NCBI GenBank assembly: GCA_043813525.1
Contig: JBDRKY010000046.1
Location: 13,053 to 77,052, forward strand
DNA length: 64,000 bases
Source of the DNA: Candidatus Woesearchaeota archaeon
GTDB taxonomy: Archaea; Nanobdellota; Nanobdellia; Woesearchaeales; DSVV01
Direction of reading: 5' to 3'
The position numbers and the translations under genes were made by a program. Positions 1 through 9,949 of this stretch are shown piece after piece. The notes beneath the pieces were generated by a model, which searched no databases, was not told the origin of the DNA, and worked only from the letters and a program-made list of their open reading frames with translations. Within the stretch, counting starts at the first letter, position 1; each line of letters begins with the position of its first letter.

Positions 1-840
1 GATGCCAGCAGAATGGCTTGGATCAACAATAACAGGGAGATGAGTTTCTCTTTTTAATAATGCTACAGCATTGATGTCAAGAGTATTTCTGTATGCAGTC
101 TCAAAAGTTCTGATACCTCTTTCGCATAAGATCACATTTTTGTTGCCATTGGCTAATATATATTCTGCTGCCATAAGGAATTCCTTGATAGTTGCTGCAC
201 TTCCTCTTTTCAAGATGACTGGTTTGTTAATCTTGCCCATCTCTTTCAAAAGATCAAAGTTCTGCATATTTCTTGCTCCAACTCTTAATATATCAACATG
301 TTCAGCAGCAATTCTTACATCTCTTACATCCATGACTTCTGTCTCTACAAGAATCCCAACCTTATCTCTAACTTTTTTCAGAAGTTTAAGGCCTTCAATA
401 CCCATGCCTTGGAAATCATATGGAGAAGTTCTTGGTTTAAAAACAGAAGCTCTCATAATTTTGACTCCCATCTCTTTAAGTAATTTCGCAGCTTTCATCA
501 ACTGATCTTCGCTTTCAGCAGAGCAAGGTCCGGCAATCATAACAAACTCGCCATTGCCAATAGAAACATCAATACCTAATGAATTTTCAATTTTGATAAC
601 AGTTGTTTCTGCATGATGTTCTCTGCTAGCTAATTTGAAAGGTTTAAGGATTTTAACAACCTTCTCAACACAATCAAGCGAAGCAAAGTTGTTTGATTCT
701 GCTCTGACATCTCCCTGTACATGTACAACTGTTCTTTCCACACCTTGGAAAGGCACTGGTTTCAAGCCTTTTTCCTCAACTAATCTAATTACATTATCTA
801 TTTCCTCTTGTTTTGTATTTTGTTTCAACACAATTATCAT
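1..840 (-). CDS. aroF: DAHP synthase, type I-beta with N-terminal ACT-like domain (3' end runs off window)
   Basis: Manual translation of minus strand: MIIVLKQNTKQEEIDNVI...IAGPCSAES...FKPRTSPYDFQG...VGARNMQNF...LKRG...LCERGIRTFE...IVDPSH. GGAGGT RBS upstream of ATG at 840. Confidence 0.93.
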   Translation of the reverse strand, partial: MIIVLKQNTKQEEIDNVIRLVEEKGLKPVPFQGVERTVVHVQGDVRAESNNFASLDCVEKVVKILKPFKLASREHHAETTVIKIENSLGIDVSIGNGEFVMIAGPCSAESEDQLMKAAKLLKEMGVKIMRASVFKPRTSPYDFQGMGIEGLKLLKKVRDKVGILVETEVMDVRDVRIAAEHVDILRVGARNMQNFDLLKEMGKINKPVILKRGSAATIKEFLMAAEYILANGNKNVILCERGIRTFETAYRNTLDINAVALLKRETHLPVIVDPSHSAGI

Positions 841-1007
841 TTTCTGTACCTCCATTGTTTACTTTTTGTTTTTCCTTATTTTTATGGTGGAAAGCACACC
901 AATTTTTAAATTTTAGTTAGATAACTAACTTATCCAAAACGCCTGAGATTAGAATGCAAATTCAATGAGATATTAAAAGATGCAAGACCATAATCTAAAC
1001 TCAGGCC

Positions 1008-1115
1008 TTAGTTAAAATAAAAATAGAACCAGTTAAAAAATAAATCAGCTAATGAAAGTTTACTATCTATATCAATTAATACGCAATCATTCATATTTTT
1101 AGCTAAATCTTTCAT
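1008..1115 (-). promoter_or_regulatory. Candidate leader peptide (MKDLAKNMNDCVLIDIDSKLSLADLFFNWFYFYFN) upstream of DAHP synthase
   Basis: 8 aromatic residues in 9 codons just before the stop. TTTATATA box at about 1147-1140 on the minus strand places the TSS near ATG 1115. A 12/13-bp inverted repeat (941-953/994-1006) starts 1 nt after the stop. Confidence 0.55.
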
Positions 1116-1212
1116 AATACAATTAGATAGGGATAATTTATATATAAATGTTTTGTAAAAGTTAGAGAAACCTTTAAAAAGTATAGAGAAATTCAACATT
1201 CATATTCAAAAT

Positions 1213-1476
1213 GGCGGCATAACTCAGCCTGGTGGATTTTGTTATATTTAATATTAGCAGATATCCAGGCAATTAGAGTGCTACGCTCATATTGTTGAGC
1301 TATGAGTTCCAAACTTGTTTTGGAGCAATGATTTTAACAAGAGGCACGTAGATGTCCCGCGTTCAAAAAATAGGTGCTTGACGCTGGCTGTTAGGTGATA
1401 GGAATTGGTTTTTAACCATGCTTCTAGCACCCAGCATTAAGCCATAGCACTTAAAATGAAAGTCGCGGTGCCGCCA
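1213..1476 (+). tRNA. tRNA with CAT anticodon (elongator Met or Ile2) containing three introns
   Basis: Acceptor GGCGGCA/TGCCGCC, D stem ACTC/GAGT, anticodon stem CTACG/CGTAG with CAT at 1288-1290, T stem CCGCG/CGCGG. Removing 1233-1272, 1292-1345 and 1368-1462 leaves a 75-nt cloverleaf. G1-C72 argues against initiator. No encoded CCA. Confidence 0.9.
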
Positions 1477-1496
1477 TTTTTTTCTTTTTTTCTTTA
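1477..1496 (+). terminator. Oligo-T tract after tRNA (archaeal-type terminator)
   Basis: Two T7 runs separated by C directly after the discriminator base. Confidence 0.6.
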
Positions 1497-1559
1497 TTGT
1501 TCTAAAAGTAAATTTTATTAGTAAGATTTATATACCCCTACTAAGCAGATGATAAGGTT

Positions 1560-2195
1560 ATGGTAAATAAAGATGCTGTAAAACAAAAAGAGATAAAATC
1601 AAGTAATATTAAAGCACATAAACTAAAAATATATGATTTAAAACCACAAAACAAAGAGATAGAAAAGCAAACAGAGATGCCAGAAATCACCAAGATAAGC
1701 TTATGGTTAGACAGATATGATGATATATTCTCTGATTTTGATCCAAGACCTTATTCTCAGAGATCATTATCTGATGATTTTTTATCTGAAGCTAAAAAAG
1801 TGATAGTAGAGAAAAAGACAGGAAAGATTGAGATGAACCTTTTGACGCCAAAAGAAATAAGAGATTCAAAATCTGAAGCATTGATAAAAAAAAGGCTCAG
1901 AGAATATTTCAAGAAACAATTTATTAAGATAAATGAAAAAACAAATAAATTAAAAAGAAAGGGTTTCTTTTTGGTTTTTTTTGGTATTATATTCATGATG
2001 GCTGCAACTTATCTATATACATTAGAATCAAAGAATATATTTATCACTTTCTTAATTGTCTTACTTGAACCAAGCGGATGGTTTTCTACATGGTATGGTC
2101 TTGATCAGATATTTTATTATGCAAAAGAAAAAAAGCAGGATTTAGAATTCAACGAAAAGATGTCAAAGTGTGAGATTAATTTCAGCGAATATTAG
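1560..2195 (+). CDS. Hypothetical membrane protein (2 C-terminal TM helices)
   Basis: 211-aa ORF with ISLWLDRYDDIFSDFDPRPYS motif and two hydrophobic segments. Confidence 0.75.
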   Translation: MVNKDAVKQKEIKSSNIKAHKLKIYDLKPQNKEIEKQTEMPEITKISLWLDRYDDIFSDFDPRPYSQRSLSDDFLSEAKKVIVEKKTGKIEMNLLTPKEIRDSKSEALIKKRLREYFKKQFIKINEKTNKLKRKGFFLVFFGIIFMMAATYLYTLESKNIFITFLIVLLEPSGWFSTWYGLDQIFYYAKEKKQDLEFNEKMSKCEINFSEY

Positions 2196-2247
2196 GTTTT
2201 TTAAATTTAATAAAAAAAGTAATTTTAAAAAATAATGTGTATATTGT

Positions 2248-2790
2248 TCAATTCTCATATATCAAACCGATATTCTTGCATCTTTCAAATAATTGGTTAG
2301 TTATAAACAAATCCTGCCTTAAATATTCCCTTACCTCTTCATATTTTTTTTGTTTCCAAAGCAATGGCATATCACCACCTTTAAAATCCTTATACTTACC
2401 TTCAACACCGATTAGTTTTGCGTAATCATTCAGTTTCCCGGACTTACCATACGTCCTAAATAATGTTAAATGCTCCCTTAGATCGATAAAAGAAGTTGAA
2501 TTAGGCCTGACAATCTCCAGATTATGATGCAGGCTTCTGTTGATCATGAAATAAAAATCAAAATCTCTTATGTTATAACCAACATATCTGACAGATGAGA
2601 ATTTCTTATGCAACTCTCTTATCTTATCCCAAAACTTCAGTATAAGCAATTTCTCATCTTCTTCCATGATAATCAATTCTTCTTTTAAGAATTTCATACC
2701 TATCGCAATAACCCTTCCATTTATAGGTGATAATGCATCTTCTCTGTTATCTGTCAAAGATGCTGTCTCTATATCTAATATAATTTCCAT
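2248..2790 (-). CDS. DnaQ/RNase H-like 3'-5' exonuclease (PolB-exonuclease/YprB-like)
   Basis: LDIET (ExoI), VGYNIRDFD (ExoII), YLRQDL (ExoIII) motifs. Confidence 0.8.
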   Translation of the reverse strand: MEIILDIETASLTDNREDALSPINGRVIAIGMKFLKEELIIMEEDEKLLILKFWDKIRELHKKFSSVRYVGYNIRDFDFYFMINRSLHHNLEIVRPNSTSFIDLREHLTLFRTYGKSGKLNDYAKLIGVEGKYKDFKGGDMPLLWKQKKYEEVREYLRQDLFITNQLFERCKNIGLIYEN

Positions 2791-2969
2791 GATTGTTCAC
2801 TTCTTATTATTTTGATTTTTAAAGATTTAGCTGGTTTGATATATGTAATCTATAACATATAATAAATCTATATATTTAATTATAATCGATTATATAAAAC
2901 ACCCCATCATCCAGATTTAGAGAGATATAGATAAAAACAGAACAATGAAAAGAATGAAGATGATATATA

Positions 2970-5657
2970 ATGAAAAAAGAGCAATATGATGATCAGTCTA
3001 CATTAACACCAGCGATGAAGCAATTTGTTTTCTTTAAAGAGAAATACCCAGATTGTCTTATATTATTCAGGATGGGTGATTTTTATGAGATGTTCTATGA
3101 TGATGCTAAATTAGCTTCTAAGATTCTGAATATCACACTGACCAAAAGAGGAACTAAAAATCCAGTTCCTTTAGCTGGTTTACCATACCATGCATTAGAC
3201 AATTATCTGGCAAAATTAATCAGAGCAGGGATCAAATGTGCGATATGCGAACAGATAGAAGATCCAAAAAAAGCTAAAGGTGTTGTCAAAAGAGATGTTA
3301 TCAGGGTTGTGACACCCGGAACAATCATTGATAATGGCCTTCTTTCAGATAGATCAAACAATTATCTGATGAGCCTGTCATTCTCAGACCAGTTGACAGG
3401 GATTGGGATAGTAGACCTGTCAACAGGTGAGTTTCTCACTACAGAATTATATAACGATAATAACAATAATAACTTGATGACTGAAATAAACAGGATAAAT
3501 CCTGCAGAGATAATATTTCCATCTGCACAGATAAATAATAGTATTATTCAACAGTTGAAAGAACAGAATTTTTATATCAATGAATATGAAGACAGGTTTT
3601 ATTTTTATGAGATAGCATATAATAATCTTAAGAATCATTTTAGTACAATCAACCTTGAAGGTTTTGGGCTTGAATCAGGAGGAGAAAAGAAAAAAATATC
3701 TATCGCTTGTTCAGGTGCATTGCTAAGTTATCTTCAGGAGACACAGAAAACAAGTTTAACCCACATCAACAAGATAAGATTTTTCAGCACAAGTGAATTT
3801 ATGATCTTAGACAAAGCAACAATAAGAAATCTTGAGATTGTGAATAATATAAGAGACCACACAGATGATAACACTCTGCTGGCAGTACTTGATAGGACAT
3901 TGACACCAATGGGATCAAGATTACTGAAAAGATGGCTGCTCAATCCATTATTGAATTTGAAACATATAAATTTACGCCTTGATGCAGTTGATTTTCTTTT
4001 CAGGAATATTTTAGTAAGACAAGAGTTAAAAGAATTATTTGATATTGTCAGGGATATTGAAAGGCTGATATCAAGAGTTAATTATGGAAACGCAAATGCC
4101 CGTGATCTATTGGGATTAAGACAATCTCTTAATATTCTCCCACAATTAAAAGAAATATTATTAGAACCTGATAATGAACTTATAGAAAATAATGAGATCT
4201 TAAAAAAAATTCATGATATTGATGACCTGAAAGATATTGCTGAATTAATCAGAAAAGGAATAAAAGAAGACCCTCCATTAAGCATAAATGATGGATGCAT
4301 AATAAAAACAGGCTGCAATAAAGAGCTGGATGAACTGCATGACATCTGCATCAATGGAAGGAGATATCTCAAGGATATTGAAGCAAAAGAACAGCAGAGG
4401 ACAGGCATAAGATCATTGAAAGTGAAATTCAACAGGGTGTTTGGTTATTTCATTGAGGTGACAAGGCCAAATCTTCATCTGATCCCAAAGAATGAAGACG
4501 GCAGTCTGGTATATATAAGGAAGCAGACAACAGCAAATGCTGAAAGATTTATAACAGAAGAGCTGAAACATTATGAAGAGAAGATCCTTGGAGCAGAGGA
4601 GAAAATTAAAGTTTTGGAACTAAACTTATTCAAAGAAATCTGCAATAAGATAATTGAAAAAACCAAAGAAATCCAGGATGCAAGCGATTTCATCGCAAAA
4701 GTTGATGTTCTATTAGGATTTGCAGCTGCTGCATCTGAATATAATTATACAAGACCTGAAGTTGATGATAAATTTTCTATAAGGCTTATGGAAGCAAGGC
4801 ATCCTGTGATCGAAAGGATTGAAAAAGTTTACATTCCAAATGATATCCATATCAGCAAAGACAATAAGACAATGATCATCACAGGACCAAACATGTCTGG
4901 GAAGAGTACAGTCATGAGACAGGTTGCATTATGTGTGCTTATGGCGCAGATCGGCAGCTTTGTGCCTGCAAAAAAAGCAGAGATTGGCATAGTGGACAGG
5001 ATTTTCACAAGGGTTGGCGCGCATGATGATCTGACACATGGCCAGTCCACTTTCATGGTTGAGATGAATGAAACTGCAACAATATTAAACAATGCCACAG
5101 AGAGCTCATTGATCATAATGGATGAGATTGGCCGCGGCACAAGTACATTTGACGGCGTCAGCATCGCATGGAGTGTTGCTGAATATATCAATAAAAATAT
5201 CAAAGCAAAGACATTATTTGCTACTCATTATCATGTCTTGACAAAGTTAGAAAAGTTTGATGGCGTAAAGAATTATCATATCGCTGTAAAAGAAAGCAAG
5301 ACAACAGACAGCAAAGGCAAGGTTAAGGACAATCTAATCTTTCTGCGTAAACTGATAGAAGGCGGCACTGATAAGAGCTTTGGTATTCATGTCGCTAAAT
5401 TAGCAGGCATGCCAAAAGAAGTAATAGACAAAGCAAAAGAAATTCAGTATAAATTAGAAGTTGCAGACAACATGAAAGATGAGATCATTGTTGAGAAGAA
5501 GAGAGGAAAAGATGATAATAAGATAGATAAGAAAGAAACTGAACATCTTATTAATTTTAATAATAAATCAGATACAGACAAATACAACAATAAAGAAAAA
5601 GATGATGAATTAATACAATTTACCAAACTAAGACAGAAAAGACTGATTGATCTATAG
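2970..5657 (+). CDS. mutS: DNA mismatch repair protein MutS (MutS1)
   Basis: TPAMKQF, FRMGDFYEMF, TGPNMSGKST, GQSTFMVEM, DEIGRGTST, LFATHYH, SFGIHVAKLAG. Confidence 0.97.
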   Translation: MKKEQYDDQSTLTPAMKQFVFFKEKYPDCLILFRMGDFYEMFYDDAKLASKILNITLTKRGTKNPVPLAGLPYHALDNYLAKLIRAGIKCAICEQIEDPKKAKGVVKRDVIRVVTPGTIIDNGLLSDRSNNYLMSLSFSDQLTGIGIVDLSTGEFLTTELYNDNNNNNLMTEINRINPAEIIFPSAQINNSIIQQLKEQNFYINEYEDRFYFYEIAYNNLKNHFSTINLEGFGLESGGEKKKISIACSGALLSYLQETQKTSLTHINKIRFFSTSEFMILDKATIRNLEIVNNIRDHTDDNTLLAVLDRTLTPMGSRLLKRWLLNPLLNLKHINLRLDAVDFLFRNILVRQELKELFDIVRDIERLISRVNYGNANARDLLGLRQSLNILPQLKEILLEPDNELIENNEILKKIHDIDDLKDIAELIRKGIKEDPPLSINDGCIIKTGCNKELDELHDICINGRRYLKDIEAKEQQRTGIRSLKVKFNRVFGYFIEVTRPNLHLIPKNEDGSLVYIRKQTTANAERFITEELKHYEEKILGAEEKIKVLELNLFKEICNKIIEKTKEIQDASDFIAKVDVLLGFAAAASEYNYTRPEVDDKFSIRLMEARHPVIERIEKVYIPNDIHISKDNKTMIITGPNMSGKSTVMRQVALCVLMAQIGSFVPAKKAEIGIVDRIFTRVGAHDDLTHGQSTFMVEMNETATILNNATESSLIIMDEIGRGTSTFDGVSIAWSVAEYINKNIKAKTLFATHYHVLTKLEKFDGVKNYHIAVKESKTTDSKGKVKDNLIFLRKLIEGGTDKSFGIHVAKLAGMPKEVIDKAKEIQYKLEVADNMKDEIIVEKKRGKDDNKIDKKETEHLINFNNKSDTDKYNNKEKDDELIQFTKLRQKRLIDL

Positions 5658-5707
5658 AAAAGATGATAGTAATAAAATATATAAACAACAGAATATAAGA
5701 GGTAAAA

Positions 5708-6349
5708 ATGTACAATTTATTAGGTTTTTTCATACTTTGTTTTAGTTCATTGTTCTCTATAGTTAATCCTTTCTCTACAGCTATAATATATGAAGCACTC
5801 ACAACAAAGTATTCCAAAAAAGAAAAAAAAGCAGCAGTAAAAAAAGCATGCATCACAATGCTGATTATACTGATTATTTTCAGCCTGTGCGGTATGTTCA
5901 TACTGAAATTTTTTAATATAAGTGTAGATGCATTAAGGATTGGTGGCGGTATTTATCTTATCATTATATCATTGAGAATGCTGAATCCAATGAAAAGCCA
6001 GAAAGAACTTCATCCAACATCAAGAAAAGAGCTGAGACAGAAGGATGATATTGCAATAGTGCCTTTAGCCATACCATTTCTTTCAGGGCCAGGAGCAATC
6101 GCAACAACTATTGTTCTGGTGACACAAACACCAAATCATTTAGGCTTGCTTATATTGATAGGTGTGATTATTCTCATAACTATAATTACATATATTGTCC
6201 TCAGAAACTCGAACTTATTGATCAAGAAAATGCTGGGGCATTCAGGTATCAAGACATTAGAGAAATTATTAGGGCTGATTATATTATGCATAGGTGTGCA
6301 GTTCATTCTTAATGGACTGAAAGATTATGTTGTTGGAATTATTATTTAG
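5708..6349 (+). CDS. marC: MarC family integral membrane protein
   Basis: LFSIVNPF, ALRIGGGI, IAIVPLAIPFLSGPGAIAT, EKLLGLIILCIGVQFI. Confidence 0.9.
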   Translation: MYNLLGFFILCFSSLFSIVNPFSTAIIYEALTTKYSKKEKKAAVKKACITMLIILIIFSLCGMFILKFFNISVDALRIGGGIYLIIISLRMLNPMKSQKELHPTSRKELRQKDDIAIVPLAIPFLSGPGAIATTIVLVTQTPNHLGLLILIGVIILITIITYIVLRNSNLLIKKMLGHSGIKTLEKLLGLIILCIGVQFILNGLKDYVVGIII

Positions 6350-6362
6350 AACCAAAAATACA

Positions 6363-6989
6363 TCAAAACACTTTTCTTTTCTTCAGAAATTCGAGCAAAC
6401 CTTTTGGAAGAATCACTTTCTCAGAATTTTCATGATTTTCATCATCAACAACATATCTAAATGGTAATTCAACCTCTTCACAATCATTTATAGGGATAAT
6501 TATTGTATCTTTGAATTTAATCTCAGAAAAATTTTTACCATCTTCAATAATCATTTTAGCAGCAAGAACTGCTGTATCAGTTGACATCTGCTCTTTCCCC
6601 ATATGCCTTTTTTCAAAATGAATTTTAGTTCCATCTTTTTTTTCTTTTTCTTTCAAAGATTCAGCAATTGTTTTTGTCCTGTTCTGCGGCGGATAATCAC
6701 CCATGATGCCTCCAAACACAAAATAATCAAATTTATCTTTGTCTTTTGTTGTCAGCATCTTATCAGCATTTAGGTCAAGAATGCATATTTTATTATTATC
6801 AAGAATATTAGTATCAACCAAAGATTCAGTGTAAACTTTTCCAAATACACTCAATTTTTCAACAGACTTTTTTCCAGAAACATTTGTAAAAATGATATTT
6901 GCTTTACCAACTATCTCTGCTGCATGCTTATATTCAAGAAAGCACCATTTGTATAGTCTTTTATCAAGATGTTCAATTATATATTTCAT
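6363..6989 (-). CDS. SPOUT-family methyltransferase, Sfm1-like
   Basis: YIIEHL..WCFLEY, FVFGGIMGDYPP.NRT, QMSTDTAV, ELPFRYV. Confidence 0.8.
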   Translation of the reverse strand: MKYIIEHLDKRLYKWCFLEYKHAAEIVGKANIIFTNVSGKKSVEKLSVFGKVYTESLVDTNILDNNKICILDLNADKMLTTKDKDKFDYFVFGGIMGDYPPQNRTKTIAESLKEKEKKDGTKIHFEKRHMGKEQMSTDTAVLAAKMIIEDGKNFSEIKFKDTIIIPINDCEEVELPFRYVVDDENHENSEKVILPKGLLEFLKKRKVF

Positions 6990-7058
6990 AAGATTAAATA
7001 ATTTAGAATAATATAAAAATGTTTAGATTAATAAAAATGTAGTTAATAAAACAAAAAA

Positions 7059-7181
7059 TTACTCAAACCCGCCATCAGTAAGCATATATTCTTCTAATTC
7101 GTACTTGTCAAATTTTGTTCTATTCATGATTTCTTTAAGGCATTTTCTGCCTTTTCCTGTTTTCTTAACTAATTCTACCAT
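7059..7181 (-). CDS. Small hypothetical protein (40 aa, MVELVKKTGKGRKCLKEIMNRTKFDKYELEEYMLTDGGFE)
   Basis: Open frame with AGGTGAG RBS upstream; below the ORF-track cutoff. Confidence 0.5.
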   Translation of the reverse strand: MVELVKKTGKGRKCLKEIMNRTKFDKYELEEYMLTDGGFE

Positions 7182-7404
7182 ATTCTCACCTTAAAGTTAA
7201 ATATAATTATACAATGCAGTCACAATGCAGTCACAATGCAACCAAAGAAATCACCTGTTTTGATACCCCTTAATATAAATCCGAAGTATCTAATCATTTA
7301 TATATTTTGTGGTTTAGGACTACTCACAAGTAAGAAAACATAAATTTGAAAATATTTATAAATAAATACATATATAGACAAACATAACAAAAAGAGGTTA
7401 AGCA

Positions 7405-8610
7405 ATGGAAGAATATTTAATTTATCTTACAAGCATAGCTATTATTTTATTAATAGGCTTATTTATCGCTTTATTATCTAAGAAAATAAAGATTTCAAAC
7501 ATTCTGCTATTGTTAGTGACAGGTATTATACTTTCAAAAGCAACATATTATGGTGAAAAATTATTTGTATTTCCGACTGTTTTTCTGACATCTCTTGCGA
7601 TATTAGCATTGGTCATGATCATATTTGATGCTTCATCAAGATTCAAATGGAAAACAATTGATATCCATACCATCAAAGCATTGAAACTTGCAGTAATTTT
7701 TTTGATAATCAATATGTTTCTGCTTGCAATAGCAACTTCATTCATATTCAATATAAAAGATGTGTTTGTCGTGCTGATATTTTCCAGTGTCATGGTCGGC
7801 ACAAGCCCTGATGTCATACTTTCGATGCTAAAGCAGAGCAAACATAAAGTTGTGGAGCTCTTAAGGATTGAATCAATCATAAATACTCCTTTGACAGTTC
7901 TTTTACCATTTATTATCCTTGATCTTATGAATACATTAAACCTCGATGGAATAATTTTCTCTAAGATGCTGGAGCAGTTAAAACCTTTCATCACGCAGTT
8001 TGTTGTTGGTATAGGAGCAGGTGTTTTAATTGGCCTTATACTTGCAAAATCCATGAAAAAAGCATATTCTGAGACATTAAGCCCATTGGCATTGATAACA
8101 GCTGCACTGATTACCTATATCCTTGCAGAAAATTTAGGCGGAAATGGTGTTCTTGCTGTGACAGTGATGGGATTGATGTTTGGAAACCTTTACATAAAAC
8201 AGCAGAAAGAACACCTGTACAGCATATCTAACTTTTTTGGCAATTCACTTTTGATTCTTGTGTTCATACTTGTAGGTATAGGAATTAGTGTTCCATTGAC
8301 AGATTATGTGTTCTGGATAAAAGCTTTTATCCTGTTCATTATATATTTAGTGATAAGATATCTTGCTGTTGAGATAACAATGAGAAATGGCTGTTATAAT
8401 TTTAAGGAAAAGATGTTCATGACACTGAACATCCCAAAAGGCATTGCAGTTGCTGTCGTCGCATTCACCTTAGCCAACAGCACAGCAGACATACCAAGAC
8501 TTGCAACAATACTCAACCTGATAGTTGCATTCATGCTCTTCTCATTATTAGTATCAACTATAGTCGGCAAATTTGATAACTGGTTCTTGACAAAAGTAGA
8601 AAATGGATAA
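7405..8610 (+). CDS. Cation:proton antiporter (CPA1/NhaP type)
   Basis: About 12 TM segments; GTSPD, LRIESIIN, GGNGVLAV, PKGIAVAV. Confidence 0.88.
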   Translation: MEEYLIYLTSIAIILLIGLFIALLSKKIKISNILLLLVTGIILSKATYYGEKLFVFPTVFLTSLAILALVMIIFDASSRFKWKTIDIHTIKALKLAVIFLIINMFLLAIATSFIFNIKDVFVVLIFSSVMVGTSPDVILSMLKQSKHKVVELLRIESIINTPLTVLLPFIILDLMNTLNLDGIIFSKMLEQLKPFITQFVVGIGAGVLIGLILAKSMKKAYSETLSPLALITAALITYILAENLGGNGVLAVTVMGLMFGNLYIKQQKEHLYSISNFFGNSLLILVFILVGIGISVPLTDYVFWIKAFILFIIYLVIRYLAVEITMRNGCYNFKEKMFMTLNIPKGIAVAVVAFTLANSTADIPRLATILNLIVAFMLFSLLVSTIVGKFDNWFLTKVENG

Positions 8611-8643
8611 CTTTATAAATAAATCCATAACCTTTCTTTATAA

Positions 8644-9096
8644 ATGCCCATATATAAAAAAATATTGCTTGATACCAACTTTTTGATGATACCAGGCAAT
8701 TTTGGGGTAGATATCTTTGAAGAGATTAACAGGATATGCAATTTCAATTATAAGTTGTATCTGCTGGATAAAAGCATAAATGAGCTTAAAAAACTGCCTG
8801 ATAAAGCCAAAAAACAGCGTACAAAAACCAAGATTGCTGTGAATATCGCCTTAAAATTGGTTGAATCATTAGTTAAAGATGGAAAACTTAATATAATCCC
8901 TACGAAAACTGATATTAAGCTTACTAAATTCAGAGGAATGTATGTTGATGATATTATAAAGGATATCACAGCAAAAGATAAGGATAATGAGTATATAATA
9001 GCAACAACAGATATTGAATTGAGAAAACATTTAAAAAGAGTGGTTATTTTAAGACAAAAGAAGTATCTGGAGCTTATTCAAAACACAAATCAATAA
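8644..9096 (+). CDS. PIN domain protein (Fcf1/Utp24-like)
   Basis: ILLDTNFLM, EL, VDD, IATTDIELRK; usual position upstream of rpoE1. Confidence 0.85.
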   Translation: MPIYKKILLDTNFLMIPGNFGVDIFEEINRICNFNYKLYLLDKSINELKKLPDKAKKQRTKTKIAVNIALKLVESLVKDGKLNIIPTKTDIKLTKFRGMYVDDIIKDITAKDKDNEYIIATTDIELRKHLKRVVILRQKKYLELIQNTNQ

Positions 9097-9109
9097 AGGT
9101 GAATTATCA

Positions 9110-9709
9110 ATGTACTACAAACTAAAGATTGAGGACCATATAAGAGTTTCTCCTAGATTATTTGGAGATGATACAAATTCAGCTATTCAAAAGCAGATTA
9201 GAGAGAAATTTGATGGTTACATCTCAAAAGAGCTTGGTACAGTAATTGATGTTTCTGATATTGATAAAGCTGAGCAAGGCATTGTCATTCCAGGAGATGG
9301 AGCAGCATATTATAAGACAACTTTTAATTTACTTACATTCAAGCCAGATCTACAGGAAGTTGTGTTTGGTAAAGTAAAAGATATCGCTGATTTTGGTGCA
9401 TTTTTATCTATTGGTCCGATTGATGGCATGATCCATATCTCACAGACAATGGATGATTTTGTAAGTTTCTCAAAAGATAAGGTATTATTAGGAAAAGAAT
9501 CTAAAAGATCATTGAAGACTGGTGATGTCTGCAGAGCAAGAATAATCGCAATAAGCTACAAGGATCCAAGCAATCCAAAATTAGGGATGACAATGAGACA
9601 GCATGGTCTTGGTAAAGTAGATTGGATTGATGAAGAGGAGAAAAAAACTGCAGCAGCTGTTAAAAAAACAGATACAAAGAAAGAGAAAGAAGCACAAAAG
9701 AAGAAATAA
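9110..9709 (+). CDS. rpoE1: DNA-directed RNA polymerase subunit E' (Rpo7)
   Basis: IPGDGAAYY, FGAFLSIGPIDGMIHISQ, TMRQHGLGK. Confidence 0.96.
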   Translation: MYYKLKIEDHIRVSPRLFGDDTNSAIQKQIREKFDGYISKELGTVIDVSDIDKAEQGIVIPGDGAAYYKTTFNLLTFKPDLQEVVFGKVKDIADFGAFLSIGPIDGMIHISQTMDDFVSFSKDKVLLGKESKRSLKTGDVCRARIIAISYKDPSNPKLGMTMRQHGLGKVDWIDEEEKKTAAAVKKTDTKKEKEAQKKK

Positions 9710-9753
9710 AATTATTATTATAAATTGAATCAAAAAACAAAAAGGTAATCAAT

Positions 9754-9939
9754 ATGGCAAGAAAAGTATGTAAAAGATGTAAGATATTTATTGATAAAGA
9801 TGAATGTCCTTTATGTAAATCAAGCTCATTTTCAACAAACTGGCAAGGCAGGCTATTTGTGGCTGATCCAAACAAGTCATTTGTTGCAAAGCAGATTGGT
9901 CTGACTGCAAAAGGAGAATATGCAATCAAAGTAAGGTAA
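9754..9939 (+). CDS. spt4: Transcription elongation factor Spt4 (RpoE'')
   Basis: CKRC..CPLC, STNWQG, GEYAIKVR; follows rpoE1. Confidence 0.95.
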   Translation: MARKVCKRCKIFIDKDECPLCKSSSFSTNWQGRLFVADPNKSFVAKQIGLTAKGEYAIKVR

Positions 9940-9949
9940 TGGGATAAAA

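Noticed and set aside
71..916. Plus-strand ORFs 71-505, 298-483 and 635-916, and the many other antisense ORFs in the track
   Set aside because: Shadows of real genes on the opposite strand (here DAHP synthase, which the track missed because it runs off the window).
7210..7239. ACAATGCAGTC tandem repeat (about 2.7 copies)
   Set aside because: Too short and isolated to assign a function.
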